Below are positions 49,301 to 58,150 of a DNA stretch of 64,000 nt, one piece after another. The notes below the pieces were generated by a model. That model did no database searches, was not told where the DNA came from, and saw only the letters and a program-made list of their open reading frames with translations. Each line of letters opens with the position of its first letter. The stretch's first letter is position 1. The position numbers and the translations under genes are program-made. Source of the DNA: an uncultured Poribacteria bacterium (lineage in GTDB: Bacteria; Poribacteria; WGA-4E; WGA-3G); assembly GCA_951813565.1 (NCBI GenBank), contig OX638351.1, positions 1,376,001 to 1,440,000 of the forward strand, given 5' to 3'.

Positions 49301-51976
49301 AGTTCCATCAGGTCCTGTTAAAGAGACCATTGTGTTTTCAAAATCAATGTCACTTGCGTCAAATGCAACATTTATTTGGGAAAACGTATCAGTAACGTTC
49401 GTAGCACTATCGACGGAAAGTTGGAGTTGTGGGTCAGTTACAACTTCAACTGTGCTGATTACTGGAAATTGTGTATCAAATATGAGAGGAAAACTTTGGG
49501 TAAATCGTTTTCCAGAAAAATCAACAAATGTTGCAGTGATAGTGTATGTTCCATCTGCGGTGCCGTTTCGTGGAATTGATGCTTCGGTGCTCCAAGTTAA
49601 CTGATTGTTTGCTGCATCCGATTCAACTTTCGCTTGGGGAACAACGAGACCTTGTGCATTTCTGACAGTTATTGTTGACGCATCAAAATCTATACCTGAA
49701 CCTATATAATTAACAATTTCTACTGTAATATTATCCAAACTACTGACAGTTCCAGTTTCCGGGGTTGTTAATCGCACTTGTGATTGTGTTTGGCTGACCA
49801 GATAGAATTGGCGCCGGACAACTGCTCCAGTGTTGCCTGCCATGTCAGTTGGGGTAACTTCAATAGTGTAGGTGCCATCATCCGAACCGTCTAACGCAAT
49901 CGGTTGCAACAGTGTAAGTGTAGCAGTATCCGTGCCGTTACTTGCAATATTAACAGGCACTTCAACACGGTTCTCTCCGGCACCGCGAATCAACTGAAAA
50001 TTACTATTGACGAAATCAATACCGCTTGTTACTTCATTGAGTTTGACGACAACTTCTGATAGATTTGAAACAGTCTGATTAGCGGCAGGAACTGTTGAAA
50101 CAAGTGTTGGGACTTGCGTGTCGTAAACAACATGGTAAGTGTAAGTCTTCGTATTCCCGAGTGAGTCTGTAGCCTTGACGTTAATCATATAGTTCCCGTC
50201 TTGGCTTCCATCAGTTTTCAGGATAGGTGAATCCAAAATGTAAGTTAGCACGTTATTATTTTTGTCTGGAAATGGTTGACCGGGAATAGCATTAATACCG
50301 CCATCTGGGTTAGACGTTCCAAAAACAATACTGGTAGTTTCCTGTTCACCAGAAAATGCAACACCGGCCCCGAATTCACCATCATTAAAGGTAGCAATAA
50401 ACTGATTTAACGGAAGATTGTAATAAACGGTATCGCCTAAGATGCTAAACGGTTCACCATCCCGTGTTGGTTTTAATGAAACGAGTTCTGGTGCCAGATT
50501 ATCATATAGAAATGAGATTTGAATTGGTGCGGTTTTATTTCCTGCTTTATCGCTCCCAACAATTTCTACAGTATATTGACCATCTTGGAGACCATCTTTT
50601 GCTAACAAGGGAGAGAGGAATTCCCACCTAATTTTATTATCCGAAAGTTGAATTGACCGCCCGAGAACAATACTGCCACCTGGACCCATCACACTTATTG
50701 ATGAATCATCCAAGTTAAGTCCGATATTATCTTCTAACGCTGCTTCCACAAAATTAATCAATCCATTGATACCACTACCGGGAACAAACTCACCTTTATT
50801 GGTAGCCACACTTTTTAAGGTTGGTGCTGCGTTATCAAACGTAAATACACGACTTGAGGTAAGGGCGCCTACGCTCACTGTAACTTCATACGTGCCGTTT
50901 TCTGTTAATTCGTCAATAAGATCACTGAGCGTAAATGTGGTTTTATTAGTGAGGGTGCCCTCCATCTTGGTGCCACCAACATGCCTAATCTGTATCTCTG
51001 TGTTCCTATCAGTGAGATCAATTGGTGTCCCATCGTCTGCTGCTACAGTGAAACTGATGCTTTGAATTGCTGTATTCACAAACATGCCATCTATGAGCGG
51101 TATTGAATCGTTTATTGAGATACCTGTGATAAGCGGGTCTGCCGAGTCAATTGTGATAGCTTCTGTTTTATTACTGCCTTCTACATTTCCGCCTTTGTCT
51201 TTTACCCATAGACTCAAAGTATACTGGCCATCAAAAACAGGTTTAGCGTTGTTGTCCTTGCCATCCCAATAGTAGGTGCCGCTTTCTTTGCTCAATTCAC
51301 TCGGATCAATTGCCCTTTTAATTGGGTCCCCGCCACTGTTTTTTTGTAATTCTAACCATGCCTCGGTAACATCTTCGTCCAAACCACTATAGTGAATAGG
51401 AAACCGTTCCTCCAAAATCCGTGAGAACTCCTTAGCATCTATACTGATGGAAATCTCCGGGGCTTTAGTGTCTAATGTTACCTCTTTTTCCTTGCTCGAA
51501 ATAGGATCTAGCGGATCGCCTTCAGAATCTTTGAGCGGATTGCCATCAGAATCTATGCGCGTAAGGAAGACTTTAATCTTATAATCACCATCTGGAAGCT
51601 GATCATTTCCAATTTTCCCATCCCATATTACTTTTATAGTCTGATTTTTGGATAATGTTTGATCATTTGCTTCGTCAGGACCGCTGGCAATTTTTCTACC
51701 GTCATCTAACTTAATCTCATAGGTATAATTTTGATCTTCATTATCAGTTGTAAAGGTGATGGTCAACTTTTCTTCGACCCCGTTAAAAACGTTGTCCCCG
51801 TTTGCATCTACTTTTAATGAATCTGAAACAAGTCCCGCCCAAGCGGTAGACTGTATAACTAACAGAGCAACAAACAATTGAAAAATGAGAAAGGATGTCC
51901 AACGAAAACCGAATGACAATTTCGTATTCTTTTTGTTGTAGCACAGAACAGATAAACTATTTTTGATTTTTGACAC
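40370..51976 (-). CDS. Giant (3868 aa) secreted Ig-like-repeat protein with FlgD-like N-terminal modules and T9SS-type/FlgD C-terminal domain
   Basis: Signal peptide ...STAWA; many DG.Y...D.AGN / DT.AP modules; C-terminal PNP...IYD.SG..V...WN......VARGLY..RL....K.LVVD. Confidence 0.88.
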   Translation of the reverse strand: MSKIKNSLSVLCYNKKNTKLSFGFRWTSFLIFQLFVALLVIQSTAWAGLVSDSLKVDANGDNVFNGVEEKLTITFTTDNEDQNYTYEIKLDDGRKIASGPDEANDQTLSKNQTIKVIWDGKIGNDQLPDGDYKIKVFLTRIDSDGNPLKDSEGDPLDPISSKEKEVTLDTKAPEISISIDAKEFSRILEERFPIHYSGLDEDVTEAWLELQKNSGGDPIKRAIDPSELSKESGTYYWDGKDNNAKPVFDGQYTLSLWVKDKGGNVEGSNKTEAITIDSADPLITGISINDSIPLIDGMFVNTAIQSISFTVAADDGTPIDLTDRNTEIQIRHVGGTKMEGTLTNKTTFTLSDLIDELTENGTYEVTVSVGALTSSRVFTFDNAAPTLKSVATNKGEFVPGSGINGLINFVEAALEDNIGLNLDDSSISVMGPGGSIVLGRSIQLSDNKIRWEFLSPLLAKDGLQDGQYTVEIVGSDKAGNKTAPIQISFLYDNLAPELVSLKPTRDGEPFSILGDTVYYNLPLNQFIATFNDGEFGAGVAFSGEQETTSIVFGTSNPDGGINAIPGQPFPDKNNNVLTYILDSPILKTDGSQDGNYMINVKATDSLGNTKTYTYHVVYDTQVPTLVSTVPAANQTVSNLSEVVVKLNEVTSGIDFVNSNFQLIRGAGENRVEVPVNIASNGTDTATLTLLQPIALDGSDDGTYTIEVTPTDMAGNTGAVVRRQFYLVSQTQSQVRLTTPETGTVSSLDNITVEIVNYIGSGIDFDASTITVRNAQGLVVPQAKVESDAANNQLTWSTEASIPRNGTADGTYTITATFVDFSGKRFTQSFPLIFDTQFPVISTVEVVTDPQLQLSVDSATNVTDTFSQINVAFDASDIDFENTMVSLTGPDGTEIAVHRSNDGTAFLTLNFQSLAKLGTYILTVTPRDNIGNVSETPFIYRFNLDIAVPIVTSVLIDGQSGAVVYVNGSDGEIIATLVDTTGSGLAVGEDESKIVVTTETGLPVPGFTTFNDENQLTWRPAALPIDGSADGRYLVAVTPVDNAGRTGNVAYRSFIFDTQAPRITAATPITLHQPISYIGSLTQFELTVEDVGPALLNLDDQTIELQNKNGEAVQGQITHDANNQLFFTLSTPLPTNGSADGEYTLNVILVDKAGNPYQAVHNIFYDSQAPQLSSVSLNTETLLNLTPYQVTDLSEAINKLTINFVEATQVDFENTVVSLIGPNGSPIPLTLENNGIDQMTASFVTLTQGGLYTLSVTPHDRVGNAAQGAVSYPFQLEFEVPDLSSVKANTVDTSVALIQHEIIELSAPVNSLTLEFTDAMRIDPENTSVVLIGPNEQQIPITQEDNEASQLIVRFISLTQSGLYTLSVTPQDRSGNVAQSAIQYQFRLDIVLPAVSSILIDGKLSATIYVNSADVNIIATFTEPTGVGLALGNDGSTIVVSNADGLPIPGTTTSIGTNQLTWTPPALPADGSADGRYTVAVTPVDKAGRIGDVVYRSFIFDTQAPRITAATPITLYQPISYIGSLTQFELTVEDVGQALLDLDDQTIGLQNKNGEVVQGQITHDDINQLFFSLSAPLPTDGSADGEYTLTINLVDKAGNPYQAVHNIFYDSQAPQLSSVSLNTETPLDLIPYQITDVSEAVNKLTLNFVEATQVDFENTVISLIGPDASAISLTLENNGVDQLTASFVSLTQGGLYTLSVKPQDRVGNAAQGAVSYPFQLEFEVPGLSSVKANTTDASVDLTPYEITELSESINSFTLQFTDVARVDFENTSVRLATENGQEIPITLEEHDGSQLIVRFVSLTQSGKYTLSITPQDISGTAVHGAVLYPFQLEFEVPGLSSVKANTTDASVDLTPYEITELSESVSSFTLQFTEATQVDFENTIVRLATENGQEIPITLEEHDGSQLIVRFVSLTQNGLYTLTVTPQDKAGNTAQSAVPYPFQLEFEVPGLSSVKANTSDASVDLTPYEITELSESVSSFTLQFTEATQVDFENTIENTIVSLATENGQEIPITLEEHDGSQLIVRFVSLTQSGKYTLSITPQDISGTAVHGAVLYPFQLEFEVPRLSSVKANTTDASVDLTPYEITELSESVSSFTLQFTEATQVDFENTIENTIVSLATENGQEIPITLEEHDGSQLIVRFVSLTQNGLYTLTVTPQDKAGNTAQSAVPYPFQLEFEVPGLSSVKANTTDASVDLTPYEITELSESVSSFTLQFTEATQVDFENTIENTIVSLATENGQEIPITLEEHDGSQLIVRFVSLTQNGLYTLTVTPQDKAGNTAQSAVPYPFQLEFEVPGLSSVKANTTDASVDLTPYEITELSESVSSFTLQFTEATQVDFENTIVRLATENGQEIPITLEEHDGSQLIVRFVSLTQNGLYTLTVTPQDKAGNTAQSAVPYPFQLEFEVPGLSSVKANTTDASVDLTPYEITELSESINSFTLQFTNAARVDFENTIVRLATENGQEIPITLEEHDGSKLIVRFVSLVQSGLYTFSVTPHDISGNVSQGAVSYPFRLKFEVPGLSSVKANTSNTSVDLTSYEITEISESVSSLTLEFTDATQVDFENTSVRLTGVNGQEIPINLEDGDASLLMVHFVSLTQSGVYTLAVIPQDKAGNVAQSATQYQFRLDTALPTVSSVSIDGKQGSAVYVRNSIPRIVATITDPIGVGVSFGDGGSTITVTNSEGLSVSGKTTSNGTNQLTWTPIPLPTDGSADGRYNVAVTPVDKVGRSGTVVNQQFIYDTQAPRITAAQPLTLHDPVSYIGSGLNRFTLTIEDVGSAGLNLASQVIALMDAAEKPVSAARTYDELTNQLYLTLSKPFASDGSVDGPYSLNVSLSDRAGNTSISRFSLIYDSKAPQVSSVEVNTAGTPMKLVSNEITELSESISTITIKFSEATLVDFANMQVSLIDPDDQTIPLTREDDGVSQMALSFADLTQIGQYTLSVTPQDIAGNAVQNPLQFSFTLEFILPGVESIRIGDTITLGSGDIAYVNANNLYIAATLLDRSGAGLSFDSNAGSDIIVATLDDDVVPGATSTNGTDLLVWEPATLSTDGSSDGRYAVYVYPVDKKGRQGNTAYREFVLDTQEPEITDAAPINLSQPVSYISESLTQFRFTLQDVGPADFILDDQKVSLRNQNGTLIPTKITTDSNNQLFLTLDEPLPLDGSRDGEYTVVIAFSDKAGNVLSVEHPIIYDTQAPTLVSTVPAHGAQLTEDITQIQVNLNDEGESGIDWDVTTVTLIDPNGVEISGELTSNGKTQLILNTNQLVADGQYIIRVQAIDRAGNGSRSVLEHSFLLSRLLPAVISTSPSTAPIDEAFTNEKVDEIEVMLETADESHLSTVRLLNAAEQVVAGQQHRETNKLIYRLVRPLATDGSEDGVYTIEFTPISSSGREGEVQKLTFMYDTETPEVNPDAIHLIVAEPEVNNSLTEIRVGITDNQAGVDWENLDEDWLTFERLSPNADEIAGRLSYETGEQETLIFRLTVPLADDGSADGEYKITVNPKDQAGNEEESYEKVFTYDTSPPVIDPNSLLINDAPLLTDINAEDYPSAVSTTGGVVIQASVSDTGLGVDLSQSEVVVRNPNGQELSGTTQQNGVDTIVFKSDGLNVEGPHQVTITGIGNDSELLGFAPKGSVTTEFLYETTSPTAIVTNDGGKTEFTDEAVPLEGTAADPQGSRPRPQGEGEIPIPASGVWLVEIIGTGPDGQPIEPVPAEDESNAQERPWSRWSADFLPARSGEYDLDIRVTDKAGNYSVYDVGEVTMSVSFSFRGKTFGWPNPLRHSKDDVAFFSFDLNAAAEETVELTLYIYDWSGDMVYSKKYSNITLGQRNDTQVKWNLENQFGTAVARGLYVFRLEAVNGAGNSANAVGKILVVD
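44420..46825 (-). repeat. About seven near-identical 336/348-bp coding tandem repeats
   Basis: Unit VPGLSSVKANT.DASVDLTPYEITELSES...YPFQLEFE; three units carry a 12-bp ENTI duplication. Confidence 0.92.
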
Positions 51977-52295
51977 GCGTTTTCCCCCGCTACAGCGAAG
52001 TTTGGTCTATTTTCAACTTCGCGTGGAATTCACAAAATATTAATTTCTTATTAGCACAGATAGCATTACAACACAATATGGACCTGAATCAATTCACTGA
52101 TTGCAAAGTCTCACAGTGTTGGCACGTCCCTATATCTATTTTGTAGTTTTCGAGATTTAACAGATAAGGTGATTATTTTACTGACTGTATTAGACGCAGT
52201 TTTTTTAATTAGGTTGATTAAAACCTTTGCATCGGTCCTCTCATAACTGATTTTTTTGTGGGCAGGCTGCAAACCTGCCCTTAACATAAACAAAA

Positions 52296-53300
52296 TTACC
52301 CAATATCACCATTTTCGATCATCGTTAAAAGTGCTGAGTCGTCAGCAGCAAGCGGCAATGTTATTTTTGCGCGCTGTCGACTGGAATGATAAGTCGCAAA
52401 AATAAGTTCAGTTGACTGAAGTGCCTTGCGTCCGCTAAGTTCAGGTTCACGTCCTGTCTTAACGCTGTCAATAAGGTCAAGGACAGAAAGAGTTGTATCG
52501 TTGCCTTTAGGCGTGACATCGCTTAGGTCGGGTTGCTCCCATTCGCTGGAGCCTTCTCGCAGCACGCGAACCGGCGCGCCACCCCCAACATCAATGATTC
52601 CTTTTGTTCCGATGATACGATTTGCGAATCCTTTTAGAGAAACGCCGCCAGTAGTCAGAAGTCCTTCTACGCCGCTTTTCCATCGGTACCACGTTAAACC
52701 GCTCGTCTCAACCTGCGTGCCAAAAACGATTTTTTCTTCTGTTACATCTATTTGACCGATAACCCAGTCAATAGGTTCGTCATTATTATAAAATTGGAAC
52801 ATATCAAACCAGTGTGTTCCCCAGTCAAGCAGATTTGAACATGAGCCTTCAAGGCGGCGTATTTCACCGATAGTCCCATCGTTTGCCAGCTGTTTCGCCT
52901 TGATAAACTGGGCACCAAAACGGCGTTGATGGCAGAACGTTATAACTACATCGTTATCCACACAAGCTTGATACAGTGCTTTCGCATCGCCCCATGTGGG
53001 TGCCATCGGTTTTTCAGAATGGATGGCTTTGATACCACTGTTGGCAGCAGCGATTACCATATCCCTATGAAGTGCAATCCATGTGCAGACGCTCACAAAA
53101 TCGAGCGATTCCTTTTCAAGCATCTCATTATAATCTTCATAAGTCCGTGGAACATCAAACTGTTCTGCAAATTTGTTCCGCGCGCCTTCAACGGGGTCTG
53201 AACACGCGACAATCTCAACATCTGACGATGCTTGATAGCCTTGTGCATGGGCGCGTCCACGGCCGCCACAACCGATAATACCTGCTTTAAAAGTTGCCAT
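52296..53300 (-). CDS. Gfo/Idh/MocA-family oxidoreductase
   Basis: GIIGCGGRG, SEKPMA, DWGTHWFD. Confidence 0.92.
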   Translation of the reverse strand: MATFKAGIIGCGGRGRAHAQGYQASSDVEIVACSDPVEGARNKFAEQFDVPRTYEDYNEMLEKESLDFVSVCTWIALHRDMVIAAANSGIKAIHSEKPMAPTWGDAKALYQACVDNDVVITFCHQRRFGAQFIKAKQLANDGTIGEIRRLEGSCSNLLDWGTHWFDMFQFYNNDEPIDWVIGQIDVTEEKIVFGTQVETSGLTWYRWKSGVEGLLTTGGVSLKGFANRIIGTKGIIDVGGGAPVRVLREGSSEWEQPDLSDVTPKGNDTTLSVLDLIDSVKTGREPELSGRKALQSTELIFATYHSSRQRAKITLPLAADDSALLTMIENGDIG

Positions 53301-53349
53301 ATCCAAATTTCCTTTCGTTGCGATCAGAAGATCACTTTTGTTAATGTGT

Positions 53350-54315
53350 CTACGTTAATTGGTTTACAAGTGTATCATCTAAATGAATCCCAGATTTTAG
53401 ATATTTTTTCCGTTCACGATACGCGCGTTCGCCGGGAATAAGAATTTCTTCAACATCCGCTTCTCGCCGATTTGCCTTAATACTATCAATTAAACTATCT
53501 ACTTCTCTTTTGAATTGTTTTAACGGAACAAAAACCGTTGGGTTTAGTACGACTATGAGCATGCCGTAGTTTGTTCCTGGGGGAGGTATAGTTGCTGCGT
53601 TCACAAGCGCACCCGCGAGGACTTGTGTGATGAGAGCAAGTCCAAAACCTTTATGTCCACCGAAAGGACGGACACTTCCTTTTAGTGCTTGTTCTGCATC
53701 CGTTGTCGGTTCACCCTCAGGATCAAACGCGAGACCTTCAGGAATAGGCATGTCCTCCCGCATCGCTACAAGTAAATCCCCGTTGGTTATCGCTGCAGTA
53801 GACATATCAAACAGAAGTGGGGCATTGTTGGAAGGAATTCCGACAGCGATTGGGTTTGTGCCTAAAATTGCTTGAGTTCCACCTTCGGGTGTAATACGTG
53901 GCAGGCAGTCGGCAAAAAGCAGTCCGATAAGTTTTGCCTTCCGTGCCATATCCACATAGTAGCCGGCCATCCCGCAATGCGATGTATTGTAAACGCCAAC
54001 AATGCTCGCACCAGTTTGCTTTGCCCTTTGAATTGCTAATTCCATTGCGCGGTAGGCGACAAGATAACCCGGTTGGTTTCCACCATCAACCCGAAAACAC
54101 TGTCCGTCTTCTTTGTCAACTTGGATTTCAGTGCGTTTTCCCTTCTCATAACGGTTTTTAATTCCGGGCAATCTGATAAACCCATGCGTTTTTCGCCCGC
54201 GTAGTTCGGCTTCTAATAAGATATCCGCAATAATAGCGGCATCCGTTGCGGACATGCCGCTTGTCATCAAGAAAGTTTCCGCAAGTTGGCGCGCCGCATC
54301 AATGGAAATGTGCAA
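53350..54315 (-). CDS. Ldh_2-family (malate/L-lactate/sulfolactate-type) dehydrogenase
   Basis: RG..THG, SHCG, GTNPIA, DMST, PFGGHKGFGL, IPGE. Confidence 0.9.
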   Translation of the reverse strand: MHISIDAARQLAETFLMTSGMSATDAAIIADILLEAELRGRKTHGFIRLPGIKNRYEKGKRTEIQVDKEDGQCFRVDGGNQPGYLVAYRAMELAIQRAKQTGASIVGVYNTSHCGMAGYYVDMARKAKLIGLLFADCLPRITPEGGTQAILGTNPIAVGIPSNNAPLLFDMSTAAITNGDLLVAMREDMPIPEGLAFDPEGEPTTDAEQALKGSVRPFGGHKGFGLALITQVLAGALVNAATIPPPGTNYGMLIVVLNPTVFVPLKQFKREVDSLIDSIKANRREADVEEILIPGERAYRERKKYLKSGIHLDDTLVNQLT

Positions 54316-54481
54316 GTCAGTTCTCCACTACTTAAGGCTATAGCGCAAGTTACATGTTGACCCCTGTTTTTAACAATGCTATAATTTATCATATATAAAG
54401 TTGAAACTCAAGACACTTTTTATTCAATGCGCGACCCAAAATCTGTTCACAATCCCTTTTATGAGATGAGGAGAACTACAG

Positions 54482-54889
54482 ATGGCGAACCAAAAACGTG
54501 ATTTAGTTGAATACCCTATCCAAGATAACGTCCTGTTACAGGCATATTGGCGCGACGATGCGGGTGGGCGTGGCCCCGCAGCATCCCTATATGTTTATAA
54601 CGATGAGATTATGCGGTTCGATTGCTTTGGCGAAAATAATGGACATTGCCACTTTAACTTGCGGCAGACACGCGGCAGGCGATGGATGTATCCTAATGGA
54701 TCCTTCCAAGATCATATTCAACAGAGTTTGTTTGACCTCCGCACGAATTTAACGTTCTGTCTAAAAACCCACCAAGATGAACAAGTGCAGGAAATTCAAA
54801 TAGTCCAGGAGAGTTTGGAGCAGGCTGCGCAAAAAATGGAAGTCCAGTTGTTAGAATTTGCTGATCAATTACAAGGCGAAACTGCATGA
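54482..54889 (+). CDS. Hypothetical protein
   Basis: SD GAGGAG; RFDCF....HCH motif; ATGA overlap with nnr. Confidence 0.7.
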   Translation: MANQKRDLVEYPIQDNVLLQAYWRDDAGGRGPAASLYVYNDEIMRFDCFGENNGHCHFNLRQTRGRRWMYPNGSFQDHIQQSLFDLRTNLTFCLKTHQDEQVQEIQIVQESLEQAAQKMEVQLLEFADQLQGETA

Positions 54890-56439
54890 AAGTTGTGACT
54901 GCAGCTCAAATGCGCAAAATCGACAAGGATACAATTGAAGGTATTGGCATTCCCGGCATTGTTCTCATGGAAACGGCGGGGTGTGAAATCGTTCGCGCGA
55001 TAGAACAGCATTATCCGACTACACAACGTATCGGTATTTTTATTGGCAAGGGTAACAACGGCGGCGATGGGCTGGTTATCGCCCGGCAACTCGCGCATGC
55101 TGGACGCGAGGTAAATATCTTTCTTGTCTCGTCTGCAGAAAGTTTCACGGGAGAAGCCCTTACCAATTTGAATATCGCCAGAAATCTTGGGTTGCAGATT
55201 GAGGAAATCCTTGCAGATACAACATCTATTGACGTCCACGGATGTGAATTGCTCGTAGATGCGATTTTTGGCACGGGATTGCGAGGCGCCGTGCGTGAAT
55301 CAATTGCTAATGTTATCAACGCTATCAACGACCTTCCGATACCTATCCTGGCTGTTGATTTGCCTTCTGGCTTGGATGCAGATATTGGTAATCCTTTAGG
55401 TGCTTGCGTGCAAGCGGATAGAACAGTAACGATAGGCTTGCCGAAAAGAGGACTGTTGGTACATCCGGGTGCAGAACTTGCAGGCAAATTAGAAGTTGTT
55501 GACATCGGTTTTCCACAGCAGATCATTGATGCACAAAATATTAAGGTCCATTGGACAACTGAAAAAGACGCAGCCAAATGGATACCATCCCGTTCACCTG
55601 CATCTTACAAAGGAAGTTACGGACGTGTGCTTGTGGTTGCGGGATCAACAGGAATGACGGGCGCAGCGGCATTAGCAAGTGAGGCAGCTTTACGTGCTGG
55701 TGCTGGATTGGTAACACTCGCTATTCCGAAAAGCCTGAACCCAATTTTAGAGGTTAAGTTGTCTGAAGTGATGACGTTACCTTTGCCCGAAACGGAAGCA
55801 GGGAGTTTAGCAGAATCAGCAACCACAACTATTCTTGAGTACGCAGAAAAGACGAAATCTGTTCTTGCTATTGGACCTGGATTATCTCAACATCCGGAAA
55901 CGGTATCTCTTGTTCATCAATTGGCTAAGGAAAATAAGAAACAGGAACTCAGTTTACGGATGGTTATTGATGCAGATGGATTGAACGCCTTAGCAAAAGC
56001 AACAGACCTTATCTCATTATTCGGGGCGGAGGCAGTTCTCACACCACATCCAGGTGAAATGGCGCGGTTAACAAATACCCCTATTTCAACATTAGAATCA
56101 AATAGAATTGGCACTGCCGAAGAATTCGTAAATCAACACGGTGTGACACTTGTACTTAAAGGTGCACCTACAGTCACTGCAGATCCGAACGGAAATACTT
56201 GGATAAATTCAACCGGCAATCCTGGCATGGCAACAGCAGGCATGGGGGATGTGTTGACAGGTATAATCGCTGGATTGATGGCACAAAATATGTCAAGTGA
56301 AACGGCTGCAGTGCTTGGCGTTTACCTACACGGATTAGCCGGAGACATTGCGGCAGAGGCGTTAGGAATGCACGGACTTATTGCAGGCGATGTGCTGCAA
56401 GCAGTACCAAAAGCAATTTCTTCGTTGATATCCGATTAA
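54886..56439 (+). CDS. nnr: Bifunctional NAD(P)H-hydrate epimerase/dehydratase
   Basis: GKGNNGGDG, DAIFGTG, DLPSG; KGSYG, GPGL, DADGL, TPHPGE, MATAGMGDVL. Confidence 0.96.
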   Translation: MKVVTAAQMRKIDKDTIEGIGIPGIVLMETAGCEIVRAIEQHYPTTQRIGIFIGKGNNGGDGLVIARQLAHAGREVNIFLVSSAESFTGEALTNLNIARNLGLQIEEILADTTSIDVHGCELLVDAIFGTGLRGAVRESIANVINAINDLPIPILAVDLPSGLDADIGNPLGACVQADRTVTIGLPKRGLLVHPGAELAGKLEVVDIGFPQQIIDAQNIKVHWTTEKDAAKWIPSRSPASYKGSYGRVLVVAGSTGMTGAAALASEAALRAGAGLVTLAIPKSLNPILEVKLSEVMTLPLPETEAGSLAESATTTILEYAEKTKSVLAIGPGLSQHPETVSLVHQLAKENKKQELSLRMVIDADGLNALAKATDLISLFGAEAVLTPHPGEMARLTNTPISTLESNRIGTAEEFVNQHGVTLVLKGAPTVTADPNGNTWINSTGNPGMATAGMGDVLTGIIAGLMAQNMSSETAAVLGVYLHGLAGDIAAEALGMHGLIAGDVLQAVPKAISSLISD

Positions 56440-56457
56440 TCTGATTTGTGAGGAAAT

Positions 56458-56868
56458 ATGGAAACCTATAAAATCTATCCTGTTGCGGCTGCAGATGCTT
56501 CAACCGCATTCCAAATAGAATTGGACTCGCGAGCAATTGCTGCTGCAGAAGAACTCGAAAATAGCGGTGCGCAAGGTGCCGAAAGAGAAAAAATCTTGCA
56601 GAAACACCTTGGTGCAGATTACGAAAAGGGCTACCAAGGTACCGCATGGAATTTACACGGTATCTCTGCGGGTTTGACACCAGCACGTTTAGCTCTGCTA
56701 CTGCAAGCACATGGCGAATCTTTTGATCCATGTGCCGAACGCGAAACGTTTGATCACAGTCTGATGGTTAATGTTGAAGAGGAGTTAGCATCGCAGTTGG
56801 AGGATATTTCTGAATCTGTTTTGAATGCGATTGTAGAGGAATATAAAACTGAACTTTTGGGTAAGTGA
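56458..56868 (+). CDS. Hypothetical protein
   Basis: SD GAGG; follows nnr on the same strand. Confidence 0.7.
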   Translation: METYKIYPVAAADASTAFQIELDSRAIAAAEELENSGAQGAEREKILQKHLGADYEKGYQGTAWNLHGISAGLTPARLALLLQAHGESFDPCAERETFDHSLMVNVEEELASQLEDISESVLNAIVEEYKTELLGK

Positions 56869-57011
56869 GATGTGAATTTTTCACAATTATAATTTTCTGC
56901 AACTTCTTTGAAGAAATTGTGTGTTAAACAATTAACAAAGGGTCGATAGCACAAATACGTGCTTTACAAAGAGAAATTACCTCTGTAATTTACACTAACA
57001 AAGGAGACATT

Positions 57012-57920
57012 ATGAACGGTAAAATCGAGATGCGGATACTTTCACTTTTGACAGTTCTGGGTATAGCCATCTTTTTTGGATCGCAAGCGAACTCAGAAAC
57101 ACCAGAGAATTCAGAAGGGTTCACTTCGATTGAAAAGACAGAAGCAACGAACAATTCAGGAAAGTTCAGTTTGACTGAAATGACAAAATTAAGGGAAAAT
57201 GTCATAAGTACCGCTGAAAACCATACTGGGCCGCAAACCGCGCAAGCATTGATGAAAACGTTTGATAAAATCTACAATCACAATTATTTAACAACCACAG
57301 TGACAGTGACTGTATACCGTAAAACTGATAGTGGAACTATTCTAAAAAACGGAAAAAGTCACATTAGCCAGTTTACAATCGCGGAGATTGATGCACGATA
57401 TCCTCGGGAAGCATGGCTTCAGCTGCTTTTAGATAACGGTATCACCATAGAAAATTTCGGAGAGTATGCATCCTATCTGTCAAAGCGATACACTTTGGCT
57501 TTTCTGAAAGACAATTCCAATCTTCGCAATCCGGTGATGATCCACATTCCACCAACGGATGATTGGGAAACTTACCAACGGATAATTAAGGGAAATAATT
57601 GGGAACTTTATAAAGCCGCTTTTATTTATAAATTGGTAAACAGACATATCGAGAAGATACGGGAAGCAGCAGAACGGGCTGAACGGAGAAAAGAAAAAGT
57701 TGAACAAGGTAAGGAACAAGCTGAACGCGCTAAAGTGCTGGCTGAACGCGCAAAGAATAGATCCAATTCACAACAGCTTGAAAACGTTAGGAAACAACTT
57801 GAGAACGCCAGAAAACAGATTGAACATTTACAAGAGACTTTAGAACGTCTTAAAAAATCAATGCCGCCTCAGTCCCCCAAACAAAATATGAAAAAGAAGC
57901 CTTCCACTATTCAGATATAA
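57012..57920 (+). CDS. Secreted protein, paralog 1 (IDARYPR domain plus coiled-coil tail)
   Basis: SD AAGGAG; signal peptide; IDARYPR..WL..LLD.G.TI.NF; C-terminal KKKPSTIQI. Confidence 0.8.
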   Translation: MNGKIEMRILSLLTVLGIAIFFGSQANSETPENSEGFTSIEKTEATNNSGKFSLTEMTKLRENVISTAENHTGPQTAQALMKTFDKIYNHNYLTTTVTVTVYRKTDSGTILKNGKSHISQFTIAEIDARYPREAWLQLLLDNGITIENFGEYASYLSKRYTLAFLKDNSNLRNPVMIHIPPTDDWETYQRIIKGNNWELYKAAFIYKLVNRHIEKIREAAERAERRKEKVEQGKEQAERAKVLAERAKNRSNSQQLENVRKQLENARKQIEHLQETLERLKKSMPPQSPKQNMKKKPSTIQI

Positions 57921-58150
57921 CATAGAAAGGAACGCTATAGACTCCTATAGGTTGTCTTGTTATCGTTTAATACCGTTGATAACCGACTTTTATCAAAACC
58001 ATTCTCACTTCCCACGAATGCCTGAGACACGCTGTTTTTCTGCAACTATTTCGGATAGTTCGTGTATAATTGGTGCAAAGGATTGATGGAACAAACGCTT
58101 ACGTTACACAGAGAACCGCCCTATAATTTTGTACTAACGAAGGAGACATT

